Shown here in pieces: positions 1-10,664 of a stretch of DNA of 64,000 nt (position 1 is its first letter; each line of letters opens with the position of its first letter). Position numbers and translations under genes: made by a program. The DNA comes from Hamiltosporidium tvaerminnensis FI-OER-3-3 (taxonomy: Eukaryota > Fungi > Microsporidia). The notes beneath the pieces are model-generated. The model was not told where the DNA came from. It saw only the letters and a list, made by a program, of their open reading frames with translations, and did not search any database. The stretch is taken from contig CM061256.1 of the NCBI GenBank assembly GCA_022605425.2, forward strand, positions 124,001 to 188,000, given 5' to 3'.

Positions 1-350
1 CCTGGAGTCTGCAATACCATACTAACAGTATAATCAAATGTCTGATGTTTGTGCTCTTTAAAAGGTATGTTTTTTAGTACCTGACATCGATAGATCTTCC
101 AAACAGAGTGAATACGACTAAATTCTTATGCCTTTATATGTAATTTACTTACAAGTTAAATCGTGGTTTATGATCTAGTTACTTGGAAAACTACAAACTA
201 ACTTTGAAGAAAAAAATGTCACTGTTTTTAAGACCATCTTTTTTTTACAGATATACATGTAACAAAGGAAAATTTGGTGCGATTTTATACACATTTTCCA
301 CTCAATTGCGTCAAGTAGATGTTTCAGTGATTGGTTCCTTTGCACTCTTA
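1..350 (-). mobile_element. Degenerate copy of the ~730-bp non-coding repeat (family A), 3' half cut by the window edge
   Basis: Colinear similarity by eye with 50271-50648, e.g. CCTGGAGTCTGCAATACCATACTAACAGTATAA vs CCTAGACAGTGCAATGTCATACCAACAGGTATAA, and GAAAACTACAAACTAACTTTGAAGAAAAA vs AAAAACTACAAATAAATTTGTAGAAAAA. Right boundary approximate. Confidence 0.75.
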
Positions 351-830
351 ATTCCACTTTTAGTAACAATATTAATTTAATTAAAATATAAACAAATTTT
401 AATCAAGGAAAATGCAAAATAAAAATATAACTTTTCAATTACTTCCGCCACTAAAATTATTTATTTCAAACCAGCATTTTTACAAAAGATATTATTTTGT
501 TTGAATTGAGTAAATTGTTCGATAAACTGTTAAAGTAAAAAAATAATTTAAAAACCGAATTTAAAATTTTCGAATCTTAATAAAGAAAATATGAAGTATA
601 ATTTAGTTGATATAAACATAGAAAAAGTACCAAATTAATGCTTAAAACAAAAATAATTTAAAATGTTTTGTCTGATCATTTATACGCCAAAGAACTTTGT
701 TGTTTTAAAATTTATTCTATTTTTAAAATACTAAAGTCTTGCAAAAATAATTTTTCTTTAAATGGTGAAAAAAGGATTTATTTCAATTTTTTGATTTACT
801 ATGAAAATATATTTTTTATAGAACCTTTGT

Positions 831-928
831 TTCGGATTTGGAAGAAGAGACAAAAGTGGTTAAAGAGGTAAAAGAAAACATATAAAAAATGGTAAAAATA
901 TTTTAACCCAGAATTTTATTAAACAAAA
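831..928 (+). mobile_element. 98-bp 5'-truncated copy of the R4/Dong-like retrotransposon with 13-bp TSD
   Basis: Near-identical to the last ~98 nt of the element at 33337-37149 (TCGGATTTGGAAGAAGAGACAAAAGTGG...TTTTAACCCAGAATTTTATTAAA). Flanked by ATAGAACCTTTGT at 818-830 and 929-941. Confidence 0.93.
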
Positions 929-1217
929 ATAGAACCTTTGTGAAAGAAATTTAATTGCTCGGTCATTAAATTTATTAAAAACAAGTTTTTGCTTGAAACT
1001 TTATGTATTTTTACCAACAATTTTTTTGGTTTCTATAATTTCCAAATAATAACTTTACAATATTTGGAAATAAATTAAATTTCAAAAGCTATTAATAGAA
1101 ATCAAACAGATATATATTAGTATAAATGAACATAATTAGATGTAATAATATTGAAATTTTTACGGTTATTCTTTGATTTAATTATTGTTATTTATATTTA
1201 TCAATACTTAGAATATT

Positions 1218-1221
1218 CCCC
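1218..1221 (+). promoter_or_regulatory. CCC-like motif upstream of ATG (microsporidian-type transcription signal)
   Basis: ATTCCCC ends ~12 nt before ATG 1233 in otherwise AT-rich DNA. Confidence 0.55.
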
Positions 1222-1232
1222 TTCTTGTATTG

Positions 1233-1898
1233 ATGGAAAAAATTAACGACATGGAATTTAATAATGATTTGGAGCGAGAAAATAAATTCAAAGAAATTGT
1301 GAGCAAACATATTAAAACATTAAATTTAGAAAAACCGAATTATGAAAACAAAGAGATGTTTTACACAAAAGAAGAAATGGACAGATTTAATAATATTGTC
1401 TTAAAAACGAATGAAGAAAAAAAGCAAAAGGAAATTGCCAGAAATGATAAAAATTATAAGAAAAATAAAGAAAACAAATCAAAAAAGAATAAGAAATATG
1501 TTCAGATCGATGATTATGTTGAAGGGAGTAGTAAAAATGAAATAAAAAAACAAAAAGACAAGGAATGCGATACTAAAGATTCTCTAAAAACAAAAGGAAA
1601 GAAAATTGAAGCAAAAGAATCTATGAATAGAAATGCTAAAGGTTCTAAAAAAAGAAAAAATGATGAAACAAATGAAACTCCAAAAAATATGAAAGCCAGA
1701 GTTGATGAGCCAAAAAAAAGAAAAACAGATAAAAATTTAAAAAAATCCGTAGAAAAAAATGAAAAATTAAAAAAAGAAAATTCCAAGGTAAATGAAAATT
1801 CATCTGAAAAGAAGGAAATAAAAGCGAAAAAAGAAAATACAAATAAAAAAATATCGATGAATAAAAAAGTAAAAAAAGAAAAATCCCTAAAAGAATAA
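1233..1898 (+). CDS. Lys/Glu/Asn-rich hypothetical protein (221 aa), largely low-complexity, possibly nuclear/nucleolar
   Basis: Long ORF in AT-rich DNA. The track starts at TTG 1230; the first ATG is 1233. CCC motif upstream and AATAAA overlapping/after the stop. Confidence 0.75.
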   Translation: MEKINDMEFNNDLERENKFKEIVSKHIKTLNLEKPNYENKEMFYTKEEMDRFNNIVLKTNEEKKQKEIARNDKNYKKNKENKSKKNKKYVQIDDYVEGSSKNEIKKQKDKECDTKDSLKTKGKKIEAKESMNRNAKGSKKRKNDETNETPKNMKARVDEPKKRKTDKNLKKSVEKNEKLKKENSKVNENSSEKKEIKAKKENTNKKISMNKKVKKEKSLKE

Positions 1899-2149
1899 TA
1901 AATCTAATTTTTAGTATTTTTAAATTAAATTTTTATATTTTATTCTGTTTTGATTGAATTTTTTATATTCATATTCCCCTAATTTACCTTAGATTTATTA
2001 TTGATTATAAGCATCATTACAATTTATAAGTTTTATTGTGATTTGTCTTGAATAAAATTAATTTCTGAATATCATTAAAATACCAAATTTTAGATGTTAA
2101 CCTCAGAATATGCTTTTTTTTCCACGGTTAATCAAATTAAAATTTTAAA

Positions 2150-2258
2150 TTATACGTTTATACGTTTATACGTTTATAGGTTATTCTTTATTTTTTATAC
2201 GTTTATAGGTTATTCTTTATTTTTTATACGTTTATTCTTTATACGTTTATTCTTTATT
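2150..2258. repeat. Compound short tandem repeat of TTATACGT / TTATAGG / TTATTCT units
   Basis: Directly visible: TTATACGTTTATACGTTTATACGTTTATAGGTTATTCTTTATTTT... Confidence 0.85.
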
Positions 2259-2330
2259 ACAATTTACCAAACTTGTCTTTCAAATATAAATAAAGCTTTC
2301 AAGTAACTTATTAAATTACATAAATCAAAT

Positions 2331-5300
2331 TTATTTAATAAAATTCTGGGTTAACAAATTTTCTCTCGTTTAACTAATTTCTTCCATCACTTTAACCACT
2401 TTATTCTCTTTTTCTACATCCGACTTATCATTAATGTCTATCGTCGGTTCCTCTGGTCTGGTTACGTCATCTAAAATAAGGGGTAAAATATTTTTTGAAT
2501 TTACTTGTTTAACACTATCTTCCTCGTTCTTCACTTCTTTTAAGAGGGGTGTTGGCTGTTTATGCATCTCAGCTCCTATAATAACACTTAATGACGCTCT
2601 CTCCCAGCTCTCCTCGGCACTTGGTCCTGACTCAATTCCTCTTCGTCGATCGAAGGTAATCATTTCGACTGTTTTCTTAAGTACTATGGACTGAATGTAT
2701 GCCTCTACATTTATGGGTATTTGTAATCTTTTAAGGTAAGTCTTATGGTATTTTGTCACAATACCGTCCCATGTTATCACATAAGGAATTATCTCTACAC
2801 TACATTTGTAAATAAGATCCAGCTCATTTGCTAATAGGTCATACTTCCTAAGTTTCTCTGTTTCAACTATTTGAAGTGAGTCTTGGGAGGTGATTCCTAC
2901 TTCAATGAGGGTAATCTTATTTCGTCTCTTGTCTAAAACGAATATATCTGGCCTATTATTTCGAATTTTGACATCAGTTTTTATTCTGGTGTCCACTCTT
3001 ATCTCTGCATACTCATTATCAAGAATTTCTTGAACTGAGTGGCTTCTGATTCGTTTTGAAGACTTGAATTTATATTTATTTAACAAGAGCAAATGTATAC
3101 ATCGTACCACTTCATTGTGTCGTCTAGTATAGTCATGACCAAGCATTTTTTCACATCTCGTTGCTAAATGGTTTACTGTTTTTCTAGACGTGTTGCAATG
3201 TTGACACACACCTTCTGCTCCCCAAAATACGTTTCTATCCTGGATATAGCAGAACACTGCTTCATCACGCGGTCTTACACTTCCTTTCTTTAACCATCTT
3301 GAGGAGTCATTTACGCTTACTAGCTCGTTGTTTCTAGCATTATATAACTTTGAATGTAGTTTTCGTTTTTCTATTTCGTTATATAAGTTAGCTAGTTGAG
3401 CTTCATCTAATTTATTTTTAGTGACCTCCTCTGCCATCCCGTATTTTACTTGTAAAAAGTCTTTTATTAATGCAAGATGGGTTTTATTATCATTCTCCAC
3501 CTTAAGGATTGCTGCTCTTCTGGTCGATGTTTCTTTAGATTTTTCCAGACAATCCAAGAGTTGCAAAAGCATATGTTCGCTTTTGAACTCAACACTATGA
3601 AGACCTCTCCCAAGTTCTGTTCTGGGAAGGTACAGACGCTCTTTACATCCTGGGCGAAGATGTATCTTGTTCTTTATTAAAACTGCACGTACTGCGTCAT
3701 CCAACTTTGAGAAGTCGCCAGGTTCAAGTCGAAGTACACCTATATGATAGTTTATTAGAGATATCGCATGTTGATTGATAGCTTGAAATAAATTTCTTGC
3801 ATTCAATCTCGTGCGGCAAAGTCTCTCTACCCTCGCTATCAGTTTGGTTTGTACTTCCTCAAACGACTTACGTGTTGGAATTCCTCTGCTATCTTCTATT
3901 ATTCCGAGGTATTTGTAAACATCTATTCCTTCAAGAAGAGTAGCAGTATTCTCACAACACGAATCATTTGTGGCCGACTTCTCTCTGTTTATTTCTAATC
4001 CTATATTTTTCATAAACATTTTTACCTCCTCCGTCATCTTTTCAAGCGTTGTTCCATCTTTGGCAAGGAGCTTAAGATCATCAATGAACAAGAGATGATT
4101 GGTAGAGTGGGATGCATCCTCCGTTTGTATTGTCACCTTTGCGTATTCTTCATTGAGTTTACGGCTCAATGGATCCATACACAGCACAAACAATAAGGGT
4201 GACAAACTATCTCCCTGTAGAATCCCCTTATCAATCTTCTTGTTCATAATTTTTTCAGACCCTACCGAAATATCAATTTTCCATTTTGATATTGTTACCT
4301 TAATAAATTTCAGGATCCAATCAGGTAAATTAAGGTTTTCGATGACTTGTGTCAAATAAGCATGATCTATTGAATCATACGCTTTTTTGACATCAATCCA
4401 CGTTGCCTTAAGATTGTTTCCATACTCTTTATTAATAGCAACATTTAGCAGGGCCTGCTCCTTCGCTCCTTGCACACCTCTCACTGCACCCAATTGATTA
4501 TCTGCTAGTAACCCTCGCCTCTCTACCTCAAGCTGAACAACTTTTGTAACACACTTTGTCGTCAGCTTGTAAAGGTTTGACATACAAGTTATTGGCCTAT
4601 AGTCGGAGCCTTTTTGTGGTACGCTTTTTGGAATGAGATACGTTAGCCCATGATAAAACCAATTAGCCTGTGGTGTTCCTTCAAAACATATGGCTTTCAC
4701 AATATCATAAAGATACTTGTGAAGAGTCGTAAGTTTCTTGATATAAAAATTGTAGATCCCATCAATTCCGGCGGCTTTCCAGTTAGGAAGCCAATTGATA
4801 ATATCTACAAATTCATCAAGTGAAGGAAACGTGGCCTGGTGAGTATCCTGCACGAAAGGTATCAGATACTCATCATACGTAACTATTTCATTATTTTTGT
4901 TCCACATTGTGGACCAAAAACTTACAATTTCGTCACGATTAACCACATGCTCGGATTCCACACGCTCAGACAGGCCACGATAATATCTACCTCGGAACAG
5001 CTCAAACATACGATTCTCTTTTCGGAATTGCTTCCTACTTTCGTACATCGTAAGTTTTTTTTCGTAAACAGTTATCAGCTCATTCTCCTTAACTAAAGCC
5101 TCCGATAGATCATTTGTTTTGTTTAGGTCTAAATTAAACTCTCGCATAATTTTTTTAAGACTTTTAGTTTGAGAAGAGGAGAGTTCTTCCCGTCTACGTG
5201 CTTTCTCGAGGATATCTTTTGAAAGTTTTAACACTGAAATTTTACTCTCAATGCTTTCTTTCCACGCTGATCTTGGCCTCTCTTTACGTGTTTCATCGTC

Positions 5301-6128
5301 ATAACATACCTGTGCTGTCTGGATAATTCGGGCAACGTCTGTTATCGTCATAGGTACATGAGAGTCAGCATATTCACCGACCTTTCGATTAATAAGATCA
5401 AGAACTGTAGTGTCAACCAATTCATTTGGAAGCTTTCGAGTTCGGACTACTACTTTTCCGATTTCCTCCTCAGATATTTTTTTGATATTACTCAAGTATT
5501 TTTCTCTCAGGCTTATAAATCGAGTAGCATCGGTCAAGGAACATGGCTCGGCGAGACAAGTGGCGATTCGACGTCGCTCTCCATTCTCTTCCTGCCTAAT
5601 TTCCTCTTCCGTCTTATTGTGTGCCATTCTTTTTAGCACATCGATAGTTTCGGTACAGGAGAACTTCTCATTATAGTAGCTCTGTATCTCTTTCCATCCA
5701 TTTCTAGGCATTCGGTCAAACCTTGTTTGTACTGCAAAAAGAACACATCGAATAAATTCTTGACGCTCGGCCTCTATAGATCTGAGTATGGATCGGAGTA
5801 CAACGAGCCTTTCGGAAATAGGTATGGTACAAAGGTTTGGCCAACTAGCAACTATATCTGGTCTAGGGGTCACGGTGCTTGAATGCATAGGGTTAGATGG
5901 CGAGGGTATGGTGTTAAGCAAGCATACCTTTGTGTTTGTGTTTGCTTCGCTTGGTGGTATAGAAATGTTATTTATGATGGTGGATGGTGTGTATGAGCTT
6001 GGCTGTGGAATTCCCTGGTCGTTTTTACACTCTCTAATTACCTCATCCACTTCACTTGCCCTGTTTGCAGCCTTTATTATTTTTTCTTCTTGTTTTTCGC
6101 TGCCTACATATTTTCTTATACCCATAAT
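2331..6128 (-). mobile_element. Intact R4/Dong-clade non-LTR retrotransposon, copy 1, 12-bp TSD
   Basis: TSD CATAAATCAAAT at 2319-2330 and 6129-6140. 3' end TTAACCCAGAATTTTATTAAATAA is shared with copy 2. Single RT+REL ORF. Confidence 0.92.
2370..6125 (-). CDS. Reverse transcriptase + CCHC zinc knuckle + restriction-like (PD-(D/E)xK) endonuclease, R4/Dong clade
   Basis: Motifs KAAGIDG, DYRPITC, WIDVKKAYDS, GILQGDSLSP, HLLFIDDLKL, YKYLG, CQHC..H...C, RHN, RPD..D..IEV..K..KY. Element-encoded ATG is at 6125 (MGIRK..., parallel to MGRKK... in copy 2). The track's ATG at 6131 lies inside the TSD. Confidence 0.95.
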   Translation of the reverse strand: MGIRKYVGSEKQEEKIIKAANRASEVDEVIRECKNDQGIPQPSSYTPSTIINNISIPPSEANTNTKVCLLNTIPSPSNPMHSSTVTPRPDIVASWPNLCTIPISERLVVLRSILRSIEAERQEFIRCVLFAVQTRFDRMPRNGWKEIQSYYNEKFSCTETIDVLKRMAHNKTEEEIRQEENGERRRIATCLAEPCSLTDATRFISLREKYLSNIKKISEEEIGKVVVRTRKLPNELVDTTVLDLINRKVGEYADSHVPMTITDVARIIQTAQVCYDDETRKERPRSAWKESIESKISVLKLSKDILEKARRREELSSSQTKSLKKIMREFNLDLNKTNDLSEALVKENELITVYEKKLTMYESRKQFRKENRMFELFRGRYYRGLSERVESEHVVNRDEIVSFWSTMWNKNNEIVTYDEYLIPFVQDTHQATFPSLDEFVDIINWLPNWKAAGIDGIYNFYIKKLTTLHKYLYDIVKAICFEGTPQANWFYHGLTYLIPKSVPQKGSDYRPITCMSNLYKLTTKCVTKVVQLEVERRGLLADNQLGAVRGVQGAKEQALLNVAINKEYGNNLKATWIDVKKAYDSIDHAYLTQVIENLNLPDWILKFIKVTISKWKIDISVGSEKIMNKKIDKGILQGDSLSPLLFVLCMDPLSRKLNEEYAKVTIQTEDASHSTNHLLFIDDLKLLAKDGTTLEKMTEEVKMFMKNIGLEINREKSATNDSCCENTATLLEGIDVYKYLGIIEDSRGIPTRKSFEEVQTKLIARVERLCRTRLNARNLFQAINQHAISLINYHIGVLRLEPGDFSKLDDAVRAVLIKNKIHLRPGCKERLYLPRTELGRGLHSVEFKSEHMLLQLLDCLEKSKETSTRRAAILKVENDNKTHLALIKDFLQVKYGMAEEVTKNKLDEAQLANLYNEIEKRKLHSKLYNARNNELVSVNDSSRWLKKGSVRPRDEAVFCYIQDRNVFWGAEGVCQHCNTSRKTVNHLATRCEKMLGHDYTRRHNEVVRCIHLLLLNKYKFKSSKRIRSHSVQEILDNEYAEIRVDTRIKTDVKIRNNRPDIFVLDKRRNKITLIEVGITSQDSLQIVETEKLRKYDLLANELDLIYKCSVEIIPYVITWDGIVTKYHKTYLKRLQIPINVEAYIQSIVLKKTVEMITFDRRRGIESGPSAEESWERASLSVIIGAEMHKQPTPLLKEVKNEEDSVKQVNSKNILPLILDDVTRPEEPTIDINDKSDVEKENKVVKVMEEIS

Positions 6129-6251
6129 CATAAATCAAATAATAATTTAATTTGTTATAATAAAACTTTTTGGCTTCAATCGTTTTTAAAATATCAAAGT
6201 CTATTTTTATAAAAAAAATATAAAGAATTTCTAAATTATACAGAAAAAAGA

Positions 6252-6969
6252 ATTTATTGAATATGAAAACTAATAAATCTGGCGATAAAACAGGCTTTTG
6301 TAATATTTTTTATGATATTAACTCGATTCTAGATCTTATTTATAAATGCTTTTATACTTCAAAAAAATATTGTAGATGCCTACATAACAATGATTTTAGC
6401 CAAAAAGAGTTTTGAACTAATTTAATGAGCGATTTTGGCCCGAATTTTGTTACAGTATGTTGCTTATAATGTGCTTACAGATCGATCCCCCCCTCCGGGC
6501 TCCCCTAAGATTAAGGGCATTCTGATTTAGTTTAAACTTTACAAACAAAATAAACTGCTTGCTATAACTTGTCTTGGTGACTCGAACGAGATTCAATAGA
6601 CAATGCCATGCCATATAAACGGGTATAATCTGATACTTGGTTTCGCTGAGTTTTTAAAGGGGTCTTTGTATTTTCACGACGCCAAGTCAAATCTTGTAAA
6701 CTGGTTGAATAAAGCCAGGCTTCTATGTTTTTACATTTTTACTACCTATAACTTCAACTGTTGATTTCTAACTTGTAAATAAAAAACCACACAGTAAATT
6801 TAAAGAATTTTTTATATTTTTGACACTTTCTTCTTATACGAATTTAAATGGAACAAGCAAAAATCTAAATGGTTCTATCATATCAAAAATCACATGTAAT
6901 TATTTATATATCAGTTTCATCTATCTATTGCCAAGCAGATGGTTTTTTATGTGGTTATCCTCTCTCCAC
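6252..6969 (-). mobile_element. Diverged full-length copy of the ~730-bp non-coding repeat (family A)
   Basis: Sense strand begins GTGGAGAGAGGATAACCACATAAAAAACCATCTGCTTGGCAAT. It retains GACTTGGCG, TCTTAGGGGAGCCCGGAGGGGG and CTAGAATCGAGTTAATATCATAAAAA in colinear order. 3' boundary approximate. Confidence 0.8.
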
Positions 6970-8149
6970 AAAAGATTAATAATCAAATATGTTTTTATAG
7001 TATTCTTAGCAAACAATATGAAAAGAAAGTCAAATACAAGCTAAAAGTAAACTAATCCTAAAATAGATAGAAAATAGCGAGCAAAAACGGAAAAAATATA
7101 ATTTTAATAGATTAAAATTTTCTTATTTTTCTTAACAGCACTAATTCTTTGATAAATGAAAATTTTTTATCTGTAAAAAAAAGAAATAGCGTATAAGTCA
7201 TAGCAGACCACCAATAAATAAATATATTTTAAAAGTGTAAAATAATTAGAAAGAAACATTTTTTTATTTATGAAATAATTTAGAAACTAGATCTGACAAT
7301 ATTTTGGAATACGACTATACTTGGTGTTAAAATAATATAATCTAGGTTCATACATACATCCAAAAATCTAAACATATATATTTAACAAGAATCGGCTGTC
7401 ACTCAAAATGTTAAATAAATAGTAAAAAAAAACGGTAAATGATATTAAAAACGAAGATTGAATTAAAATTATGTGTATCGTTTAAATGGTAGAAGTTTTA
7501 TATTTTCAAGAAAAAAAAGGCTTTTGTGATCAGAGTCACATTACAATATTTGCTTCAAATGATTATAAAAGAAAAGATGAAGAAGTATGATATTTGTCCA
7601 TACCCTTTTTTACTACTTATATTTATAGTAATAATATCGATTTTCTACACTTAAGCTTATCTTGTCACGAAATGCTATTTATTCCTACTTAAAAACCCAA
7701 TTAGTAGTGAGAACAAAAGAATTTATTTAGTCGATTGTAGGAAACAAAACAGTCGTTACGAGTTTTTGATTCACAAGAAAATTTCAGTGGAAACCAAATG
7801 CATAAAATTTGATAAGAGCCTCTGGAAATGTAATGCATGAATCAGTAATACACGAAAGCTCTAGAACCATCTTAAAAATACGCTGACTATAGGAAAAGGT
7901 GTTGAGTAAAAAAAATATTAATTTATCGACATCTATTTGCGCATAAAAAGATAAGATGATACAGTCTGAAAATATATAGGCGTCAGATTGCTAAAATGTT
8001 TTAAATAATATAATAAATTATAAAAAAAATAAAGAAAAAGCTCTTGGAAAATAAATTTCATAGCATAAATAAAAAATTTTTGAATAAATTTAATTATTCT
8101 ATCCAAATAAAAATTCAAATTTAAGAATCCCATGAATAGAATCAAAGAA

Positions 8150-10618
8150 CTAAAATTTATCTTCAAAACAATCATATCTAGAAATAATATTGATATTTTT
8201 AGAACGAAGGTATTCACGAAATTTTTCAAACCCCTCCTCCTTTTTAGCAACAAAACTTGATATGTAGAGTTTCAACGGTATTGCAATAAGATAATAGTGA
8301 ACGGTAGGTAAATCAAACTGATCAAGATTGAGTGATAATTCTTTAAGATTTATAAATCTTTTCAAACATTGCAGATCCTGCTCATTCAAGCTAACATGGG
8401 ATAGATATAATCTTCTTAGTGATTTTACGAATTTGCAATTTTCAAACAACTGATGAAAACTACAATTAAGCAATTTACACCTCGAAATATTTAAACTTTC
8501 CAAACATTCTAATTTTTTTATTCCTTCGAAATCAAAAATATCTAAACTTCCACGAATATAAAAAAGCGATAACATTCTTAGGCTACATTTTTCATTTATA
8601 TTTTTCAAAAAACCTTCTTTAAAGCCACAATCCGAAAATTTCAAATATTGGAGGCAATCTAGTTTACCTAAAATGCCAAAATGTTCTAAAAATTTTGAAC
8701 CATTACCTGATAAATTCAAACAAACTATTTTTGTAGACATAATATTCTGCATCTTTGATGGGCAAGTATCGTATCCAAAATAATTCAAGGTCAATGACAA
8801 TGAGTCTAAATTTTCTAATGCAAATATTTCTTCTAATTCGTACTGACTTATTCGAGATTTCACTTGTACGATTTTATTCAATGATCTATTATTTTGAAAA
8901 AAATTTCGATACATGTATTTGTCAGTTGAATGAATATTCTCTAAGTGTAAATATTTGATATTACTTTTTTTTGAAGGAAGAATATGTGATTCGCTAACTT
9001 CGTAAACACTTTTACGTTGTATAATTGTTATAAATTCCAAATTTTTCAAACTTTCGACAGTCTCTATTATATTACGATTGCTAGAATAATCAATTATGTA
9101 AACATTCAATTTTAGAGTTTGTAAATTTACAAAGCATTTTAAAGCTTGGCAAAATTCATTTGATATTTTTTCACAATGGAAGTTTACATCAAAATATAAA
9201 ACATCCCTTCTTATTTCACTTATTTTATAAAACTCGGTTATGAAATTTTTGTCTGCATAGTCCTTATCAAATTTAATTATAATTTTCTTAAACTTCGCTC
9301 TATTAAAAAAATCTGCCCACCATTTATTTTCTGTACTGACTCCATAAAAATTAATATATTCCAGTCGATCATAAAAAAATTCTCCAATAGGGGTAAAATT
9401 TAAGGATTCTGGTGTATTTACCCTATGCAACACCAATCCTTTGATCATTGTTTTATTAAGGAGTATTTTTAGTGTATCTATTGATAAGGATATACATTTT
9501 AAAGTTATGTATTCAATATTTTTTCCGATAGCAGAATCTAATTGGAGTAAAAAAGATCCATATGAGCTAGCAAAATCTGAAATTGTAATTGCTCTGAAAA
9601 TTTTTATTGAAATAGTTCGAAAAGAAAAACTAATATCAGGAATGATACAACCATAACCCCTGTTTATTACAAATGATTCTATATTCATTTCATTTAATAA
9701 AAATTTAAAGGCTTCTAGAGTATAGGGATCTTCTAATATATTTTCTAAAGTGCGAAACACTGTATAACTATTTATCAAAATATTTTTATATGGAATATTT
9801 ACATCCAAAAGTGAAACATCATACTCATCAGCAATATTTTCCATTAAAACCAAGTTATTCTCATAAAATTCACATTTCAACGTAAAATTATTTAATAAGG
9901 CTGTAATATAATATTTCATCACAGAAAATTCAATTTTACTAGAAAAATATGGACTACATATCTCTGCAAACTCTAAACATTTATTCTTTCGGTTGGTTTT
10001 ATTTCGAACGATAAATGTTTTTTCAAAAAAAGCTTGTAGGAGTTTGATTGCATATTTATCTAATATCGCTTTTAATGATCGGAATGTTTTCACCATACAT
10101 TCAAATTCATGATAATCAATTTTTTTTGGCGATTTGCGTATATCATTAGATAATCTCAGATAATAAGATATGTCAAAACCACATTTGATCACTTTACTCT
10201 TGTATTCGTTCTTTGGGGCACTTGATACTAAAAAATTGTTTAAGACTTCGAATTGAATGGGGCTATCTTTACGATAAATAAAAACGGGCCTATGGTTCTT
10301 TATATAATTTCGTATTAAATTGAATATCCCACAACAATTGTAAATTTCAACTGGTTTCTTATCCTCCAAGCTTTCGATTCGTTCTTCTTCGAAAAATAAA
10401 ATTTCAGAATTTTCATTTACTATAAGTCTATACGTAAACAAACTAGAAGTAACAGTCTGCGTAAACAAAAAAATACCCAAAATATGAATCAAATTAAAAA
10501 ACAACTTTGTACTAAAAAATTTTTTTTTCTTAAAAATCGTGCAAATAATCATGGGAAATTTTATGGGGCTGTAATTTTTTTTTTTTATAAACATAAATTT
10601 TACACCGTTCGAATCCAT
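8150..10618 (-). CDS. Leucine-rich repeat protein, paralog 1 (signal/TM-like N-terminal segment, conserved N-domain, C-terminal LRRs)
   Basis: 822-aa ORF with family motifs NENSEILFF, QFEVLNNFL, ISYYLRLS.DI, IPYKNILIN, WW..FF and LxxLxLxx repeats. True start may be a downstream ATG. Confidence 0.88.
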   Translation of the reverse strand: MDSNGVKFMFIKKKNYSPIKFPMIICTIFKKKKFFSTKLFFNLIHILGIFLFTQTVTSSLFTYRLIVNENSEILFFEEERIESLEDKKPVEIYNCCGIFNLIRNYIKNHRPVFIYRKDSPIQFEVLNNFLVSSAPKNEYKSKVIKCGFDISYYLRLSNDIRKSPKKIDYHEFECMVKTFRSLKAILDKYAIKLLQAFFEKTFIVRNKTNRKNKCLEFAEICSPYFSSKIEFSVMKYYITALLNNFTLKCEFYENNLVLMENIADEYDVSLLDVNIPYKNILINSYTVFRTLENILEDPYTLEAFKFLLNEMNIESFVINRGYGCIIPDISFSFRTISIKIFRAITISDFASSYGSFLLQLDSAIGKNIEYITLKCISLSIDTLKILLNKTMIKGLVLHRVNTPESLNFTPIGEFFYDRLEYINFYGVSTENKWWADFFNRAKFKKIIIKFDKDYADKNFITEFYKISEIRRDVLYFDVNFHCEKISNEFCQALKCFVNLQTLKLNVYIIDYSSNRNIIETVESLKNLEFITIIQRKSVYEVSESHILPSKKSNIKYLHLENIHSTDKYMYRNFFQNNRSLNKIVQVKSRISQYELEEIFALENLDSLSLTLNYFGYDTCPSKMQNIMSTKIVCLNLSGNGSKFLEHFGILGKLDCLQYLKFSDCGFKEGFLKNINEKCSLRMLSLFYIRGSLDIFDFEGIKKLECLESLNISRCKLLNCSFHQLFENCKFVKSLRRLYLSHVSLNEQDLQCLKRFINLKELSLNLDQFDLPTVHYYLIAIPLKLYISSFVAKKEEGFEKFREYLRSKNINIISRYDCFEDKF

Positions 10619-10664
10619 GCGTAAACAAATATTTATCTTTGAAATTTTCAGTTAAGAGTTAATA

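Noticed and set aside
2434-6150. Antisense and overlapping short ORFs within the R4, LRR, trehalase and Puf genes
   Set aside because: Shadows of the real coding strand, with no independent signals.
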